This document shows positions 1 to 10,593 of a stretch of DNA of 64,000 nucleotides, one piece after another. Source of the stretch: Selaginella moellendorffii (lineage: Eukaryota; Plantae; Lycopodiophyta); the NCBI RefSeq assembly GCF_000143415.4, contig NW_003314305.1, forward strand, positions 236,139 to 300,138. Direction: 5' to 3'. The position numbers and the translations under genes are program-made. Under the pieces are notes generated by a model that did no database searches, was not told the origin of the DNA, and was given only the letters and a program-made list of their open reading frames with translations. Position 1 is the first letter of the stretch. The number at the start of each line of letters is the position of its first letter.

Positions 1-361
1 TGTCTTTTGGAAAGTTTAATGTGATTTTCTGGTTGGGCATGAGCAATGGCCACGGGATGGGTTCAAGAGGTGAAAGAGAATCTAATGCCAAAGTTGCAAT
101 GCTGATTCAGGCCTATTTAGAGCCATCCAGGCCAAATAGATTACAATTCTTATATTCTTTGTCCGCTCGGGGAGAAAGAAAAAAAAGCATATGTTGATCT
201 GCAAACCAATGCTTTTGATTTCATTGGATTTTTAATCACAGCCCAGTGCGTTCTTAATGGCACAGAGGAGACAGGCCTGGAAGCAGCTGGGGGCGATTCT
301 CCAGGACCAGAAAGCCTGACTAATCAAAGAGCCACGTAAATAGAAGCTCAAAGAACTATAC

Positions 362-435
362 GAAACAATGGAAAACATGGAAAGACGATGGAAACAAGCT
401 ATGCGATGGAACAATGGAAAACAATGGAAAAAACA
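362..435. repeat. Degenerate 10-11 bp tandem repeat (AACAATGGAA-like); also at ~9837-9908 and ~17153-17225
   Basis: gaaacaatggaaaacatggaaagacgatggaaacaa...aacaatggaaaacaatggaaaa read directly. Confidence 0.7.
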
Positions 436-540
436 CAACATCCAAGAACATCTTCGACGATTCATGACCCTCGACAACCTGGAGAGTCTACATGAGAACT
501 CAGGAAACGACGGAAACTTCATTGCAAACTTACGGATTGC

Positions 541-1116
541 CTAGAACTGGGGACGGCCCTGCTGAAACCGGGAGGTGAAACTTTGCCCTCCGCATTCTAG
601 CTCGACCTTCATGCCATCCCGAAAGCTGAGAACATACTCGGAGCACAAGTTTATGAGCTCGTGGCCGAGGACGAAATCGTGGCGAGCCAGATTCATGACC
701 GCGAAATCCAGGCATCCCTTGAACCCGCCCTCGAGCTCAAACTCGAGGTCCGCCACTTTGCGATTGCTGGGCTGCGCGGTGCTCCCCACAAGCAGGTTGA
801 CGCTAAACGGACGGCACAGCGAAGTCGTCAGCCCGAGGCGGTTGACGGCGTTGACCGACACGAAGCTGTCCGAGTTCTGGCTGAGCATGAAGGACGCCGG
901 GCGGCCGTTGACCGTGCCCCGGAGCCAGCGGCCATAGTCGTCGTCGCCCATGAAGGACACCAGGCACGTCTTGGCCAGCGGCGCCGCCGTGAGCTCGGCT
1001 ACCAAGTCTTGAGCCTCGTTCAAGCTGCCTGGCTGCTTGCCCGCCACGAACTCGGCCACCTCAGCGTTGGGCACCGACTGGAGAAAGCTGCATACCTCGA
1101 GAGGAAGAAGCTCCAT
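541..1116 (-). CDS. Ty3/gypsy-derived Gag C-terminal + retropepsin-like protein lacking the catalytic Asp (type a, 191 aa from first suitable ATG), copy 1
   Basis: SFLQSVPNAEVAEFVAGKQPGSLNEAQDL resembles the Gag capsid CTD; LRGTVNGRPASFML-SQNSDSFVS and HDFVLGHELI match the retropepsin pattern but D-S/T-G is absent. Start codon uncertain. Confidence 0.7.
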   Translation of the reverse strand: MELLPLEVCSFLQSVPNAEVAEFVAGKQPGSLNEAQDLVAELTAAPLAKTCLVSFMGDDDYGRWLRGTVNGRPASFMLSQNSDSFVSVNAVNRLGLTTSLCRPFSVNLLVGSTAQPSNRKVADLEFELEGGFKGCLDFAVMNLARHDFVLGHELINLCSEYVLSFRDGMKVELECGGQSFTSRFQQGRPQF

Positions 1117-1916
1117 TTCTTGCCCTAGGACCGTTTCAGGAGAAGAATATACCCGTGATTTTAAAACCCTGCTTGGGGCCCTGGTGCTCATCTCAAGATG
1201 TAGAGCCGCATCCAAATTCTCAGGGCTGTGCTTGAGATATCCCGGCACTACACTCTTTTCCAGGTCCTCAAGAACGTTAGCAGGGAATATTCGCACCTTG
1301 TTCTTTTCGGCCCAAACCATGGTACGTGTACATTTGTTTTCCTTGATGATCTTTTTCATAGTTTCTGAGCCTTGTAGCTTGATCTTATTCACCACCTGAA
1401 CAACAATGACAGAAAAATACGACATCGGTCTCTAGAAGGTTTGCTATCAGTTTTCAGATCTTCTTACTAGGTGATTGTCATGGGCTATGTTCCTCGAGGC
1501 GAGGGCACAGACGCAATGCCAGTGCATGACATCGGCGAGCACCTGGTACTCTTTCTCGGGAGGACGTGGTAGAGGGAGCGGAGGTTCAGGCCCTCTCCTA
1601 GAGTCTCACACCTGGATACGTCTTGGAGCTTGCAGCTTGATGCCGTCGCGAACGTGATAGTTGATGTGGATGAGCTGGCCAGCCTAAGGTCACAGTTCCA
1701 AAACACCATCAGGATATTATTCCATTGATGGTTTCATAGGTGCTTTTATTGATGAGGCTGTTCCCAAAGCTTATATAGCTTCGTCTTCTAAAATGATAGC
1801 CGAGCTTGGGAAACGTGAAAACCATGAGAATCATAACTTCTGGACGATGTCCAAGCCCTTTCATCACCTGCAAGTTAACAGAACTGAAAAGAGAAGCGAG
1901 CAGAAACTCACGGCGT

Positions 1917-2461
1917 TTACTCCTCAAACTGGGGACGACCCTGGTGGAACGGCGAGGTAAACTTCTGCCCACCGCCTAATCCAAAGTCGACCTTGATGAT
2001 ACCATCATCGTCCTTGTAAATCGCCTCGGAGCACACCTTCAAGAGCTGGTGCCCGAGGACGAAATCGTGGTGAATCAGATCCATAACTGAAAAATCCATG
2101 CTGAAACTTGAGTTTGCGAACTTTGCGATTGTGGGGCGGAGAGGGGTTCCCGCCCAGGAACTTGACGCAAAACGGGCGGCACAGCGTCGTGGTCGGCCCC
2201 AGCCTATTGACCGCATTGACCGACACGAAGCTGTCCGAGTTCTGGCTCAGCATGAAGGATACCGGGCGGCCGTTGACCAGTTGCCGTAGTCCTCGTTGCC
2301 CATGTAGACACCCAGCACCGCTTGGCCAGCGGCGCCGCCGTGGCCACCACGGCTTGGGCCTCGCTCACGCTGCCTGGCTGCTTGGCCGCCACGAACTCGG
2401 CCACCTCGGTGTTTGACACCGACTGGAGATAGCTGTGTACCTCGAGAGAAAGAAGCTCCAT
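1917..2461 (-). pseudogene. Gag-CTD/retropepsin-like paralog type b, frameshifted
   Basis: Homology is split over three frames (2204-2461, 2005-2253, 1917-2216) by small deletions relative to the copy at 18748. Confidence 0.8.
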
Positions 2462-3173
2462 TTTTTCCTAACTTTTCTTGCCCTACTGGGAGAAGAATAT
2501 ACTCAACAGAAAGTTTGCGCTATAGATGCCAAGCCAGGAGCATAAACAAAGAGCGAAAGAGTGAGGAGTGAAGCTTTCTTTCAGTAAAAGCAATACACTT
2601 TCCTGGTTGTTCTTGGACAAGGAAGTCCAGCTTAAATTAACAAATCTCACATGTACAAAACTATTAACAGTATATAATTTTTGGAACCTGTATCTAAAAT
2701 ATACTAAAATATTTTGGAATATTCTACTATCTAAAAATGTTATTCATTTTGTATCTATATAAACTTTCTTAACCACTTACTAGCATATTCTAAGTTAATC
2801 TGATGTTTATAATTTATAACACAAGATTAATTTTATTACAAGCTATCAATATGATTAATAAATAATAAGCACTCAAATTATTTAATTTTTAATTTTTGAG
2901 AAGAGAACCAATCATTTATGACATCTCCCACAATGATATCGCTCCATTCGGTACAAACACGTCCCATACAAGAACTTCCCACGTCCTCCAGTTTATCTGA
3001 GTCACTAAGAAATAAGAAACAAGAAAAGAATTGCTTTCTACCTGATTAGCAGAATGGTGTTGCTTGACGTCTTCAATCCCTTTGTTGGTAGCATGAAGGC
3101 AGAGCAAAAACAGCAGAGCAAATTTATTGATATTTCATCTTTATTTCATACATAACTATTTTCATATCGATCT

Positions 3174-3677
3174 TTAGTAAGGTTTCTGGCCTCCAACGTT
3201 GCCTGGTGGATCATAGTTGCAACTCACAATGTACGCATTCGCACCATTGCATTTCACTCGAGCGCATCCCACTCGCACCGAGTTCCTCCACACAACCTGA
3301 GTGTAGTGCCCGCACACCTTGCCCGGAGCACAAGTGTTTGATGCGTAATTGTAATCAGCCTTTTCCTTCACCCATTCTTTGACTGCGTCCGTGGCTGGAG
3401 GCGGCGCCAAGCCATCGCTCCCCCTCCACATATACAAGTTCTCGCCATACGGCCCGCTAGAGTGGACCATTTGACAGCTCGCCTGGAGAGTCGAGGCCCA
3501 GTTTTGCGCATACGAGGCAACTTGCTCGTTCCAAACCAGCGGAGGAACATTAACAGCAGATCTCGCGGAGTTGTGTGCGTCGACAAGATCACTCTCCGTG
3601 CTTGCAAGACCTGCGTGGAGAAATCCAGTGCCATAGATCACAAGAACCATTAGAGTTGCACGAAGAACTCCCCCCAT
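3174..3677 (-). CDS. PR1: Pathogenesis-related protein 1 (CAP/SCP domain), secreted
   Basis: Hydrophobic signal peptide; HNSAR, GENL, CGHYTQVVW, GCA, CNYDPPGN motifs; C-terminal CAPE-like PPGNVGGQKPY. ATG at 3677. Confidence 0.95.
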   Translation of the reverse strand: MGGVLRATLMVLVIYGTGFLHAGLASTESDLVDAHNSARSAVNVPPLVWNEQVASYAQNWASTLQASCQMVHSSGPYGENLYMWRGSDGLAPPPATDAVKEWVKEKADYNYASNTCAPGKVCGHYTQVVWRNSVRVGCARVKCNGANAYIVSCNYDPPGNVGGQKPY

Positions 3678-4071
3678 AGCGATCAAACTAGAACGCGGAT
3701 TGCACAACTAAAAAGTATAGGAGCACGAAAACTTACTGTGGGAGACCATCCTCTTATAAAGCAGAGCGTAGGCATGGGGATCTCCCTTTGGATACGGCAA
3801 ATACATTTCTTCTTAATGTTAGTCTTGCTTGCTCGCACGAGATTTTCCACGTCGTTATGCTCGTTTTTTTCTTGATCAATGACAAGAGATGGGTCAGTGA
3901 CTTGACTTAACCGGCATGACCTTCCAGAATTCCACAAGATGGTTGCTGGGAACTTAAATAGTTCTATAGATCATAGATCATCAAGAATAAAGATGACCTA
4001 CAAATTAACGAATATACCAAGAAAAGTATGCAAGTATATGATTCTCTTCGATTAGGTCATAGATAGAGAAC
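3678..4071. promoter_or_regulatory. Divergent PR-1/vWA intergenic promoter (repeated in each unit)
   Basis: 394 bp between the ATGs; TATA-like CTTATAAA at ~3753; clustered TGAC cores including a W-box TTGACT at 3902-3907; ACGT core at ~3849. Confidence 0.5.
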
Positions 4072-5768
4072 ATGGCGGCAGGGTTTGAGAATTCCGAGGT
4101 AAGCAGCACGCTCCAGGAAGACGAGATCGTCCATCTTAGCGAGGAGCTAGGCTGGCTAGTGATTGGCGAGCAGCCGGAGCTCAAGATCATCGGCGAGGTC
4201 GACAAGATCAAGGCCAGGGGAGAAGAAGAAGAAGAAGAAGAGCGATGCTATACAGCGCTCGTCCATCTCAAAGCTCCCAAAAGCGATAGCTCCGATGATG
4301 CTCGCGCCCCGGTCGATCTGGTCACAGTGCTGGACGTGAGCGGCAGCATGCGCGGCCAGAAGCTGGAGCTCGTCAAGACCGCCATGGAGTTTGTGATCCG
4401 GAATTTGCGACAGCAGGACCGCCTCGCGATCGTCTCCTTCTCGGACGAGCCCAAAGTCCATCTCGGTCTCAAGAGGATGACTTACGACGGTCGAGAGGCG
4501 GCACTCAGTGCAGTGGAGAAGCTGCGGACCCTGGGAGGGACCGAGATCCGTCCGGGGCTAAAGGCTGGATTCGATCTTCTCTCGCGGCGCAGGAACAGGA
4601 ACCCGGTGTCGAGCATCATGCTTCTCTCGGACGGGATGGACAATGCGATCACGTTCAAGCGATGCAAAGTTCTTCCAGTGGATTCCTACCTCGAGGACTG
4701 CAGTGAGCGGGTTCCAGTGCACACTTTCGGATTTGGAAGTGACCATGATCCCGAGGCCATGCTCAGCATCGCCGAGGCCACAGGCGGCAGCTTTTGCTAC
4801 GTGCAAGAGGAGTCCACCGTCCAGCACGCGTTTGCTCAGTGCATTGGCGGGCTGCTTAGCGTGGTGGCACAGGAAGTGGAGGTCTGCATCGAGGCGAGTG
4901 GCGGAGCGAAGATCAGGAGTGTGGAAGCCACCGCCGGAACGACGGCCATGGATGGCGATCGAGCTGCGACAGTGAAGCTTGGATCCTTGTACGCGGAAGA
5001 GGAGAGAGATATCCTGGTGGAGCTCTTGCTGCCTAGCTCTGACTCGAGCTCTTCGTCGATGGAACTTCTCAAAGTTGGGGGGAGCTTTCGAGACCCCGGG
5101 CAGTCGAACAAGACCCAGCAGTTTGCAACTTCGAGCTTGGTAATCCAGGAGCTCAAAGCTGGCGAAGAAGAGGAGGCGGTAAGGATTGAGGTGGACAGGC
5201 AGAAGAACCGTGTGAGTGCCTCGAAGGCGATGGCTGCCGCTCGTAAGCTGGGGTCTGGCAGCTTGGCATCGGCAAAGCAAGCGCTGGTGGACGTGAAGGA
5301 AAAGATTGAGAGCTCCCGAGCGTTTGGAGCTGGCGATGGCTTGTCCAAGAGATTGGTGAGAGAACTCGACGAGCTGATCCAGTGCATGAAGGAGGATTAT
5401 TACCAGTTTGGGGGGCATGCCATGCTGCTTGCCAAGGGGAATTCTCACTGCAACCAGCGAGCTTCGTACCAGCCAACGTACCAGCCAACATGTAAGACAT
5501 TTTGGACAGCTCTTTTGTGTTCTAACTCTTGTGAACTCTCTTCTCTCTCTTTGAATCAGCCCGTTTTGCCGGTTGCAGCAGCAACAACGTACCTCTCTGT
5601 GGCAGCACCAACCACAGCAGCAGCAACGTAGCGTTCGCAAACTTTAGCAAATTCGATTTCCACGCTAGAAGTTCCTTGGCACAAGACGATGAGCCAGAGA
5701 CATCCTATGAAACGTCGGCGATGGTAGATATGCTGGACAAGTCTAAGAAGTTCAAGAGTAATAGATAA
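4072..5768 (+). CDS. vWA-domain protein of the plant WAV3/EDA40-like RING-vWA family but lacking RING, copy 1; exons 4072-5491, 5560-5768
   Basis: MIDAS motifs DVSGS, GGT and LSDG; HCNQRAS. Removing the GTAAGA..AATCAG intron restores the family-typical YETSAMVDML C-terminus. Confidence 0.88.
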
Positions 5769-6213
5769 ATCTAGATTTTTCTATTTGATGCATGTTGCGG
5801 TGTGTTGGTGGAAACATGGAGAAGTTAAGCAAAAGAGCAGAATCACAGAACTTACAGATCACTGGAAACCTGGTGAAAGCCCTTGCAGCTGTGGCATCCT
5901 AGTTGATGTTGCAAGCATAAACAGTAAGATAAAGGGAGATAACCAGCTTTATACTTGAGAATGGCATCACCATCTTTAAGCAAGCAACCTCTCCATTTTG
6001 TGATCAAACTAAAGATGGAGAGAGCTGGATTTTGTGAGCTTTTGATAAGCTGATTCATTGCAGCGTTTTCTCGAAATCAAATACATGGCGATGGCGTTCC
6101 AGGACAAAACGTAATAGTTATAATAGATACCCTTGTTCAGTAAAGGTATAAAGTTCGAAACCTTCGCCCACACGGCAAGTAGCTAGCTACGTAAATAGCT
6201 CTCTTCGATTACA

Positions 6214-7925
6214 ATGGCGGCAGGATTTGAGAAATCCGAGGTAAGCAGCATGGATCTCACGCTCCAGGAAGACGAGATCGTCCATCTTAGCGAGGAGCTA
6301 GGCTGGCTAGTGATTGGCGAGCAGCCGGAGCTCAAGATCATCGGCGAGGTCGACAAGATCAAGGCCAGGGGAGAAGAAGAAGAAGAGCGATGCTATACAG
6401 CGCTCGTCCATCTCAAAGCTCCTAAAAGCGATAGCTCCGATGATGCTCGCGCCCCGGTCGATCTGGTCACAGTGCTGGACGTGAGCGGCAGCATGCGCGG
6501 CCAGAAGCTGGAGCTCGTCAAGACCGCCATGGAGTTTGTGATCCGGAATTTGCGACAGCAGGACCGCCTCGCGATCGTCTCCTTCTCGGACGAGCCCAAA
6601 GTCCATCTCGGTCTCAAGAGGATGACTCACGACGGTCGAGCCGCGGCACTCAGTGCAGTGGAGAAGCTCCGGAGCTTGGGAGGAACAGAGATCCGTCCAG
6701 GGCTAAAGGCTGGATTCGATCTTCTTTCGCGGCGCAAGAATAGGAACCCGGTGTCGAGCATCATGCTTCTCTCGGACGGGATGGACAATGCGATCACGTT
6801 CAAGCGATGCAAAGTTCTTCCAGTGGATTCCTACCTCGAGGACTGCAGTGAGCGGGTTCCAGTGCACACTTTCGGATTTGGAAGTGACCATGATCCCGAG
6901 GCCATGCTCAGCATCGCCGAGGCCACAGGCGGCAGCTTTTGCTACGTGCAAGAGGAGTCCACCGTCCAGCACGCGTTTGCTCAGTGCATTGGCGGGCTGC
7001 TTAGCGTGGTGGCACAGGAAGTGGAGGTCTTCATCGAGGCGAGTGGCGGAGCGAAGATCAAGAGTGTGGAGGCCACCGCCGGGATGACAGCCATGGATGG
7101 AGATCGAGCTGCGACGGTGAAGCTTGGATCCCTGTATGCGGAAGAGGAGAGAGATATCCTGGTGGAGCTCTTGCTGCCTAGCTCCGACTCGAGCTCTTTG
7201 TCGATGGAACTTCTCAAAGTTGAGGGAAGCTTTCAAGACCCTGGGCATTCGAACAAGACCCAACTGCTTGCAACTTCGAGCTTGGTGATCCAGGAGCTCA
7301 AAGCTGGCGAAGAGGAGGAGGCGACAAAGATCGAGGTGGACAGGCAGAAGAACCGTGTGAGTGCCTCGAAGGCGATGGCTGCCGCTCGTAAGCTGGGGTC
7401 TGGCAGCTTGGCGTCGGCAAAGCAAGTGCTGGTGGACGTGAAACAAAAGATAGAGAGCTCCCGAGCGTTTGGAGCTGGCGATGGCTTGTCCAGGAGATTG
7501 GTGAGAGAACTCGACGAGCTGATCCAGTGCATGAAGCGGGATTATTACCACTCCGAGGGACATGCTGTGCTGCTTGCCAAGGGGAATTCTCACTGCAACC
7601 AGCGAGCTTCGTACCAGTCGAGAGGTAAGACATTTTGGACAGCTCTTTTGTGTTCTAACTCTTGTGAATTTTGTTACTTAAATCAGCACGGAAGCGCCCC
7701 GCCTTTTTCGAAGGTGGCAGAGGTGGCAGAGGGGGCAGAGGTGCTGGTGCTAAACCACGGAGCAATGCAGCTCCTTGTCTTGGTGCTAGTGCTAAAAGAA
7801 TGAGCACTGGTGGGGTTCTTTCAGAAAGCCTGGTACAAGAGACATCCTCAGATGATGAGTCGTACCGAACGTCGGCGATGGTAGATATGCTGGACAAATC
7901 CAAGAAATTCAAGAGTAAGAGATAG
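6214..7925 (+). CDS. RING-less vWA protein copy 2; exons 6214-7624, 7687-7925
   Basis: As copy 1; exon 2 encodes an RGG-rich segment and YRTSAMVDML. Confidence 0.88.
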
Positions 7926-8089
7926 ATCTAGATTTCAAGTTGACAAAGCTCGAACTTGACAAGCATAAGTGTGTTCCGAACTCCAAAGTAAGCGTTTCTG
8001 GCCCAACACGATCCAGATCCAGCCATTCCCCATCCAATGGTCAGGTCAACGACAAGAAATAGTCAACGACCCATACCTAAGCGTCCGAC

Positions 8090-8235
8090 GTGAAAGCACT
8101 GGGCCTTCTTATGGAGTTTGCATTGCTATCGTTTTCTGGACTTTTCTCCTCAATCAGTTTGCAGAGCCAGATGCTCGAAGCCCTGATGCTGCACTCCACA
8201 GTCAAGATGATGGGAGCTCCCATCAATGCTGATTA
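8090..8235 (+). pseudogene. Decayed relic of the small gene at 29.4-29.9 kb (also at ~15420-15565 and ~22810-22950)
   Basis: Shares GCCAGATGCTCGAAGCCCTG and GGGAGCTCCCATCAATGC with exon 3 of that gene, in the opposite orientation. Confidence 0.7.
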
Positions 8236-8494
8236 AACTGGAGGGTTTTCAAAGCTCTACTTCAGAAATCTGGTGTGGACAATCAGCCCATACAATTACC
8301 TTTGCTATGTTCCAGAACAAGAAGCTTATTGTCTATCAATCTAAGGAGGACATGTAACTTCTTGCTCCTTCTGTCACATGCATTTTTAACAAAAGTAGTC
8401 TTCTTCAGAGAAACAAATAGATCTTGTTCAATTCAGAGAGGAGAGGTAGTAATTGTGGATGAAACCGACTGTATTAAATATTTATACACATTGT

Positions 8495-9514
8495 CTAGTT
8501 TGTTATGCTAGCAAGAAGCATGTAAGGACTTGCTCTAAGGAGCTTTTGATCCTGTTGTAAGTAGAAGATGTTACTGGCTACTCGTGCCCCACATTCCACA
8601 TCGTTCTGTAGTCTACAGGCACTCAGCAAACATCCCCATGAAACGTCATCGGGAGTGAATGGCATGCTGTGAATCAACTCTTCTGCCTCGTGAATCCTTC
8701 CCATTCTCGCCAGAATGTCTATCATGCATCGGAAGTTTTCCACTGACGGTCTAAAGTCGTGATCAAAAGCCATGGATCTAAACCACGACAGCGCCTCCTG
8801 GAGCATTCCTTCGTGGCTAAACGCAAACAAAATCCCTGTGACTGTCGTCTCCTCGCAGTTGACACCTTCAACGCACATCCTGAACGATAGCTCCAACGCA
8901 GTTTGGATGTAACCTTTTTGAGCATAAGCAACGATCATAGCATTCCAGGAAACCGTGTTTTTCTCATGCATTTGGTGGAAGATTTCTTTTGCTTCGAAAA
9001 GATGGCCATTATGGGCATGCGTTACGATCAGAGCATTCAAGACTGATGTTTCTTGAGAAGCGTTCCAAGGGATTAAATCTCTGGCTTGAGTCACGTTTCC
9101 ATTCTCTCCACAAGCGATTACCATGCTTGTCCATGACAGATTATTGCTCGCCGGGATTTTCTCGAGCAAAGCTTTTGCGTGATCTAGATATCCAGCAGTG
9201 GCTAAAGCTGAAATTGCAGCGTTCCAACACATAAGGTCACGCATGGGGCACCTCTCAAAGTAAACTTTCGCTTCTTCCAACTTCCTCTTGGACACGAGCA
9301 CACACACCATTGAAGTCCAGCTTATCACGCTCCACCCCGGCATTTTCCAGAATGTCGTTGTGGCCATGCAAAGATTACCAGAATCCGCGTTTGCTTGAAG
9401 TATAGTCGTCCACGAAGCCAAGTTTCTCTGAGGCATGTCGCCAAAAAGCTCGCAAACTTTCTCAGTATTAAGATTCTCGCGGTACATCTGAAGCATGATT
9501 TTCTGGTTGGGCAT
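8495..9514 (-). CDS. 5'-truncated PLS/E-type PPR gene, chimeric at the duplication junction (possible pseudogene)
   Basis: C-terminal half of the 632-aa PPR; a new in-frame ATG (MPNQK) comes from the junction sequence. Confidence 0.65.
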   Translation of the reverse strand: MPNQKIMLQMYRENLNTEKVCELFGDMPQRNLASWTTILQANADSGNLCMATTTFWKMPGWSVISWTSMVCVLVSKRKLEEAKVYFERCPMRDLMCWNAAISALATAGYLDHAKALLEKIPASNNLSWTSMVIACGENGNVTQARDLIPWNASQETSVLNALIVTHAHNGHLFEAKEIFHQMHEKNTVSWNAMIVAYAQKGYIQTALELSFRMCVEGVNCEETTVTGILFAFSHEGMLQEALSWFRSMAFDHDFRPSVENFRCMIDILARMGRIHEAEELIHSMPFTPDDVSWGCLLSACRLQNDVECGARVASNIFYLQQDQKLLRASPYMLLASITN

Positions 9515-10017
9515 GAGCAATGGCCACGGGATGGGTTCAAGAGGTGAAAGAGAATCTAATGCCAAAGTTGCAATGCTGATTCAGGCCTATTTAGAGCCAT
9601 CCAGGCCAAATAGATTACAATTCTTATATTCTTTGTCCGCTCGGGGAGAAAGAAAAAAAAAGCATATGTTGATCTGCAAACCAATGCTTTTGATTTCATT
9701 GGATTTTTAATCACAGCCCAGTGCGTTCTTAATGGCACAGAGGAGACAGGCCTGGAAGCAGCTGGGGGCGATTCTCCAGGACCAGAAAGCGTGACTAATC
9801 AAAGAGCCACGTAAAGAGAAACTCAGAGAACTATACGAAACAATGGAAAACATGGAAAGACGATGGAAACAAGCTCTGCGATGAAACAATGGAAAACAAT
9901 GGAAAAAACACAACATCCAAGAACATCTTCTCGACGATTCATGACCCTCGACAACCTGGAGAGTCTACATGAGAACTCAGAAAACGACGGAAACTTCATT
10001 GTAAACTTACGGATAAC

Positions 10018-10593
10018 CTAAAACTGGGGACGGCCCTGCTGAAACCGGGAGGTGAAACTTTGCCCTCCGCATTCTAGCTCGACCTTCATGCCATCCCGAA
10101 AGCTGAGAACATACTCGGAGCACAAGTTTATGAGCTCGTGGCCGAGGACGAAATCGTGGCGAGCCAGATTCATGACCGCGAAATCCAGGCATCCCTTGAA
10201 CCCGCCCTCGAGCTCAAACTCGAGGTCCGCCACTTTGCGATTGCTGGGCTGCGCGGTGCTCCCCACAAGCAGGTTGACGCTAAACGGACGGCACAGCGAA
10301 GTCGTCAGCCCGAGGCGGTTGACGGCGTTGACCGACACGAAGCTGTCCGAGTTCTGGCTGAGCATGAAGGACGCCGGGCGGCCGTTGACCGTGCCCCGGA
10401 GCCAGCGGCCATAGTCGTCGTCGCCCATGAAGGACACCAGGCACGTCTTGGCCAGCGGCGCCGCCGTGAGCTCGGCTACCAAGTCTTGAGCCTCGTTCAA
10501 GCTGCCTGGCTGCTTGCCCGCCACGAACTCGGCCACCTCAGCGTTGGGTACCGACTGGAGAAAGCTGCATACCTCGAGAGGAAGAAGCTCCAT
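10018..10593 (-). CDS. Gag-CTD/retropepsin-like protein type a, copy 2
   Basis: Same 191-aa translation as copy 1. Confidence 0.7.
   Translation of the reverse strand: MELLPLEVCSFLQSVPNAEVAEFVAGKQPGSLNEAQDLVAELTAAPLAKTCLVSFMGDDDYGRWLRGTVNGRPASFMLSQNSDSFVSVNAVNRLGLTTSLCRPFSVNLLVGSTAQPSNRKVADLEFELEGGFKGCLDFAVMNLARHDFVLGHELINLCSEYVLSFRDGMKVELECGGQSFTSRFQQGRPQF

Larger units (their letters stand above)
22..9495. repeat. Tandem segmental duplication unit 1 (contains two vWA genes)
   Basis: Sequence from TGATTTTCTGGTTGGG at 22 recurs at 9496 and 16812; the same gene order repeats in each unit. Confidence 0.95.

Noticed and set aside
1117-1425. N-terminal extension of the 294-aa ORFs at 541 and 10018
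   Set aside because: Frameshifted in unit 3 and contains intron-like segments; only the 191-aa core is conserved.
4558-5640. 296-360 aa antisense ORFs over the vWA genes, and similar shadow ORFs over other genes
   Set aside because: Expected opposite GC-rich coding sequence; no recognisable motifs.
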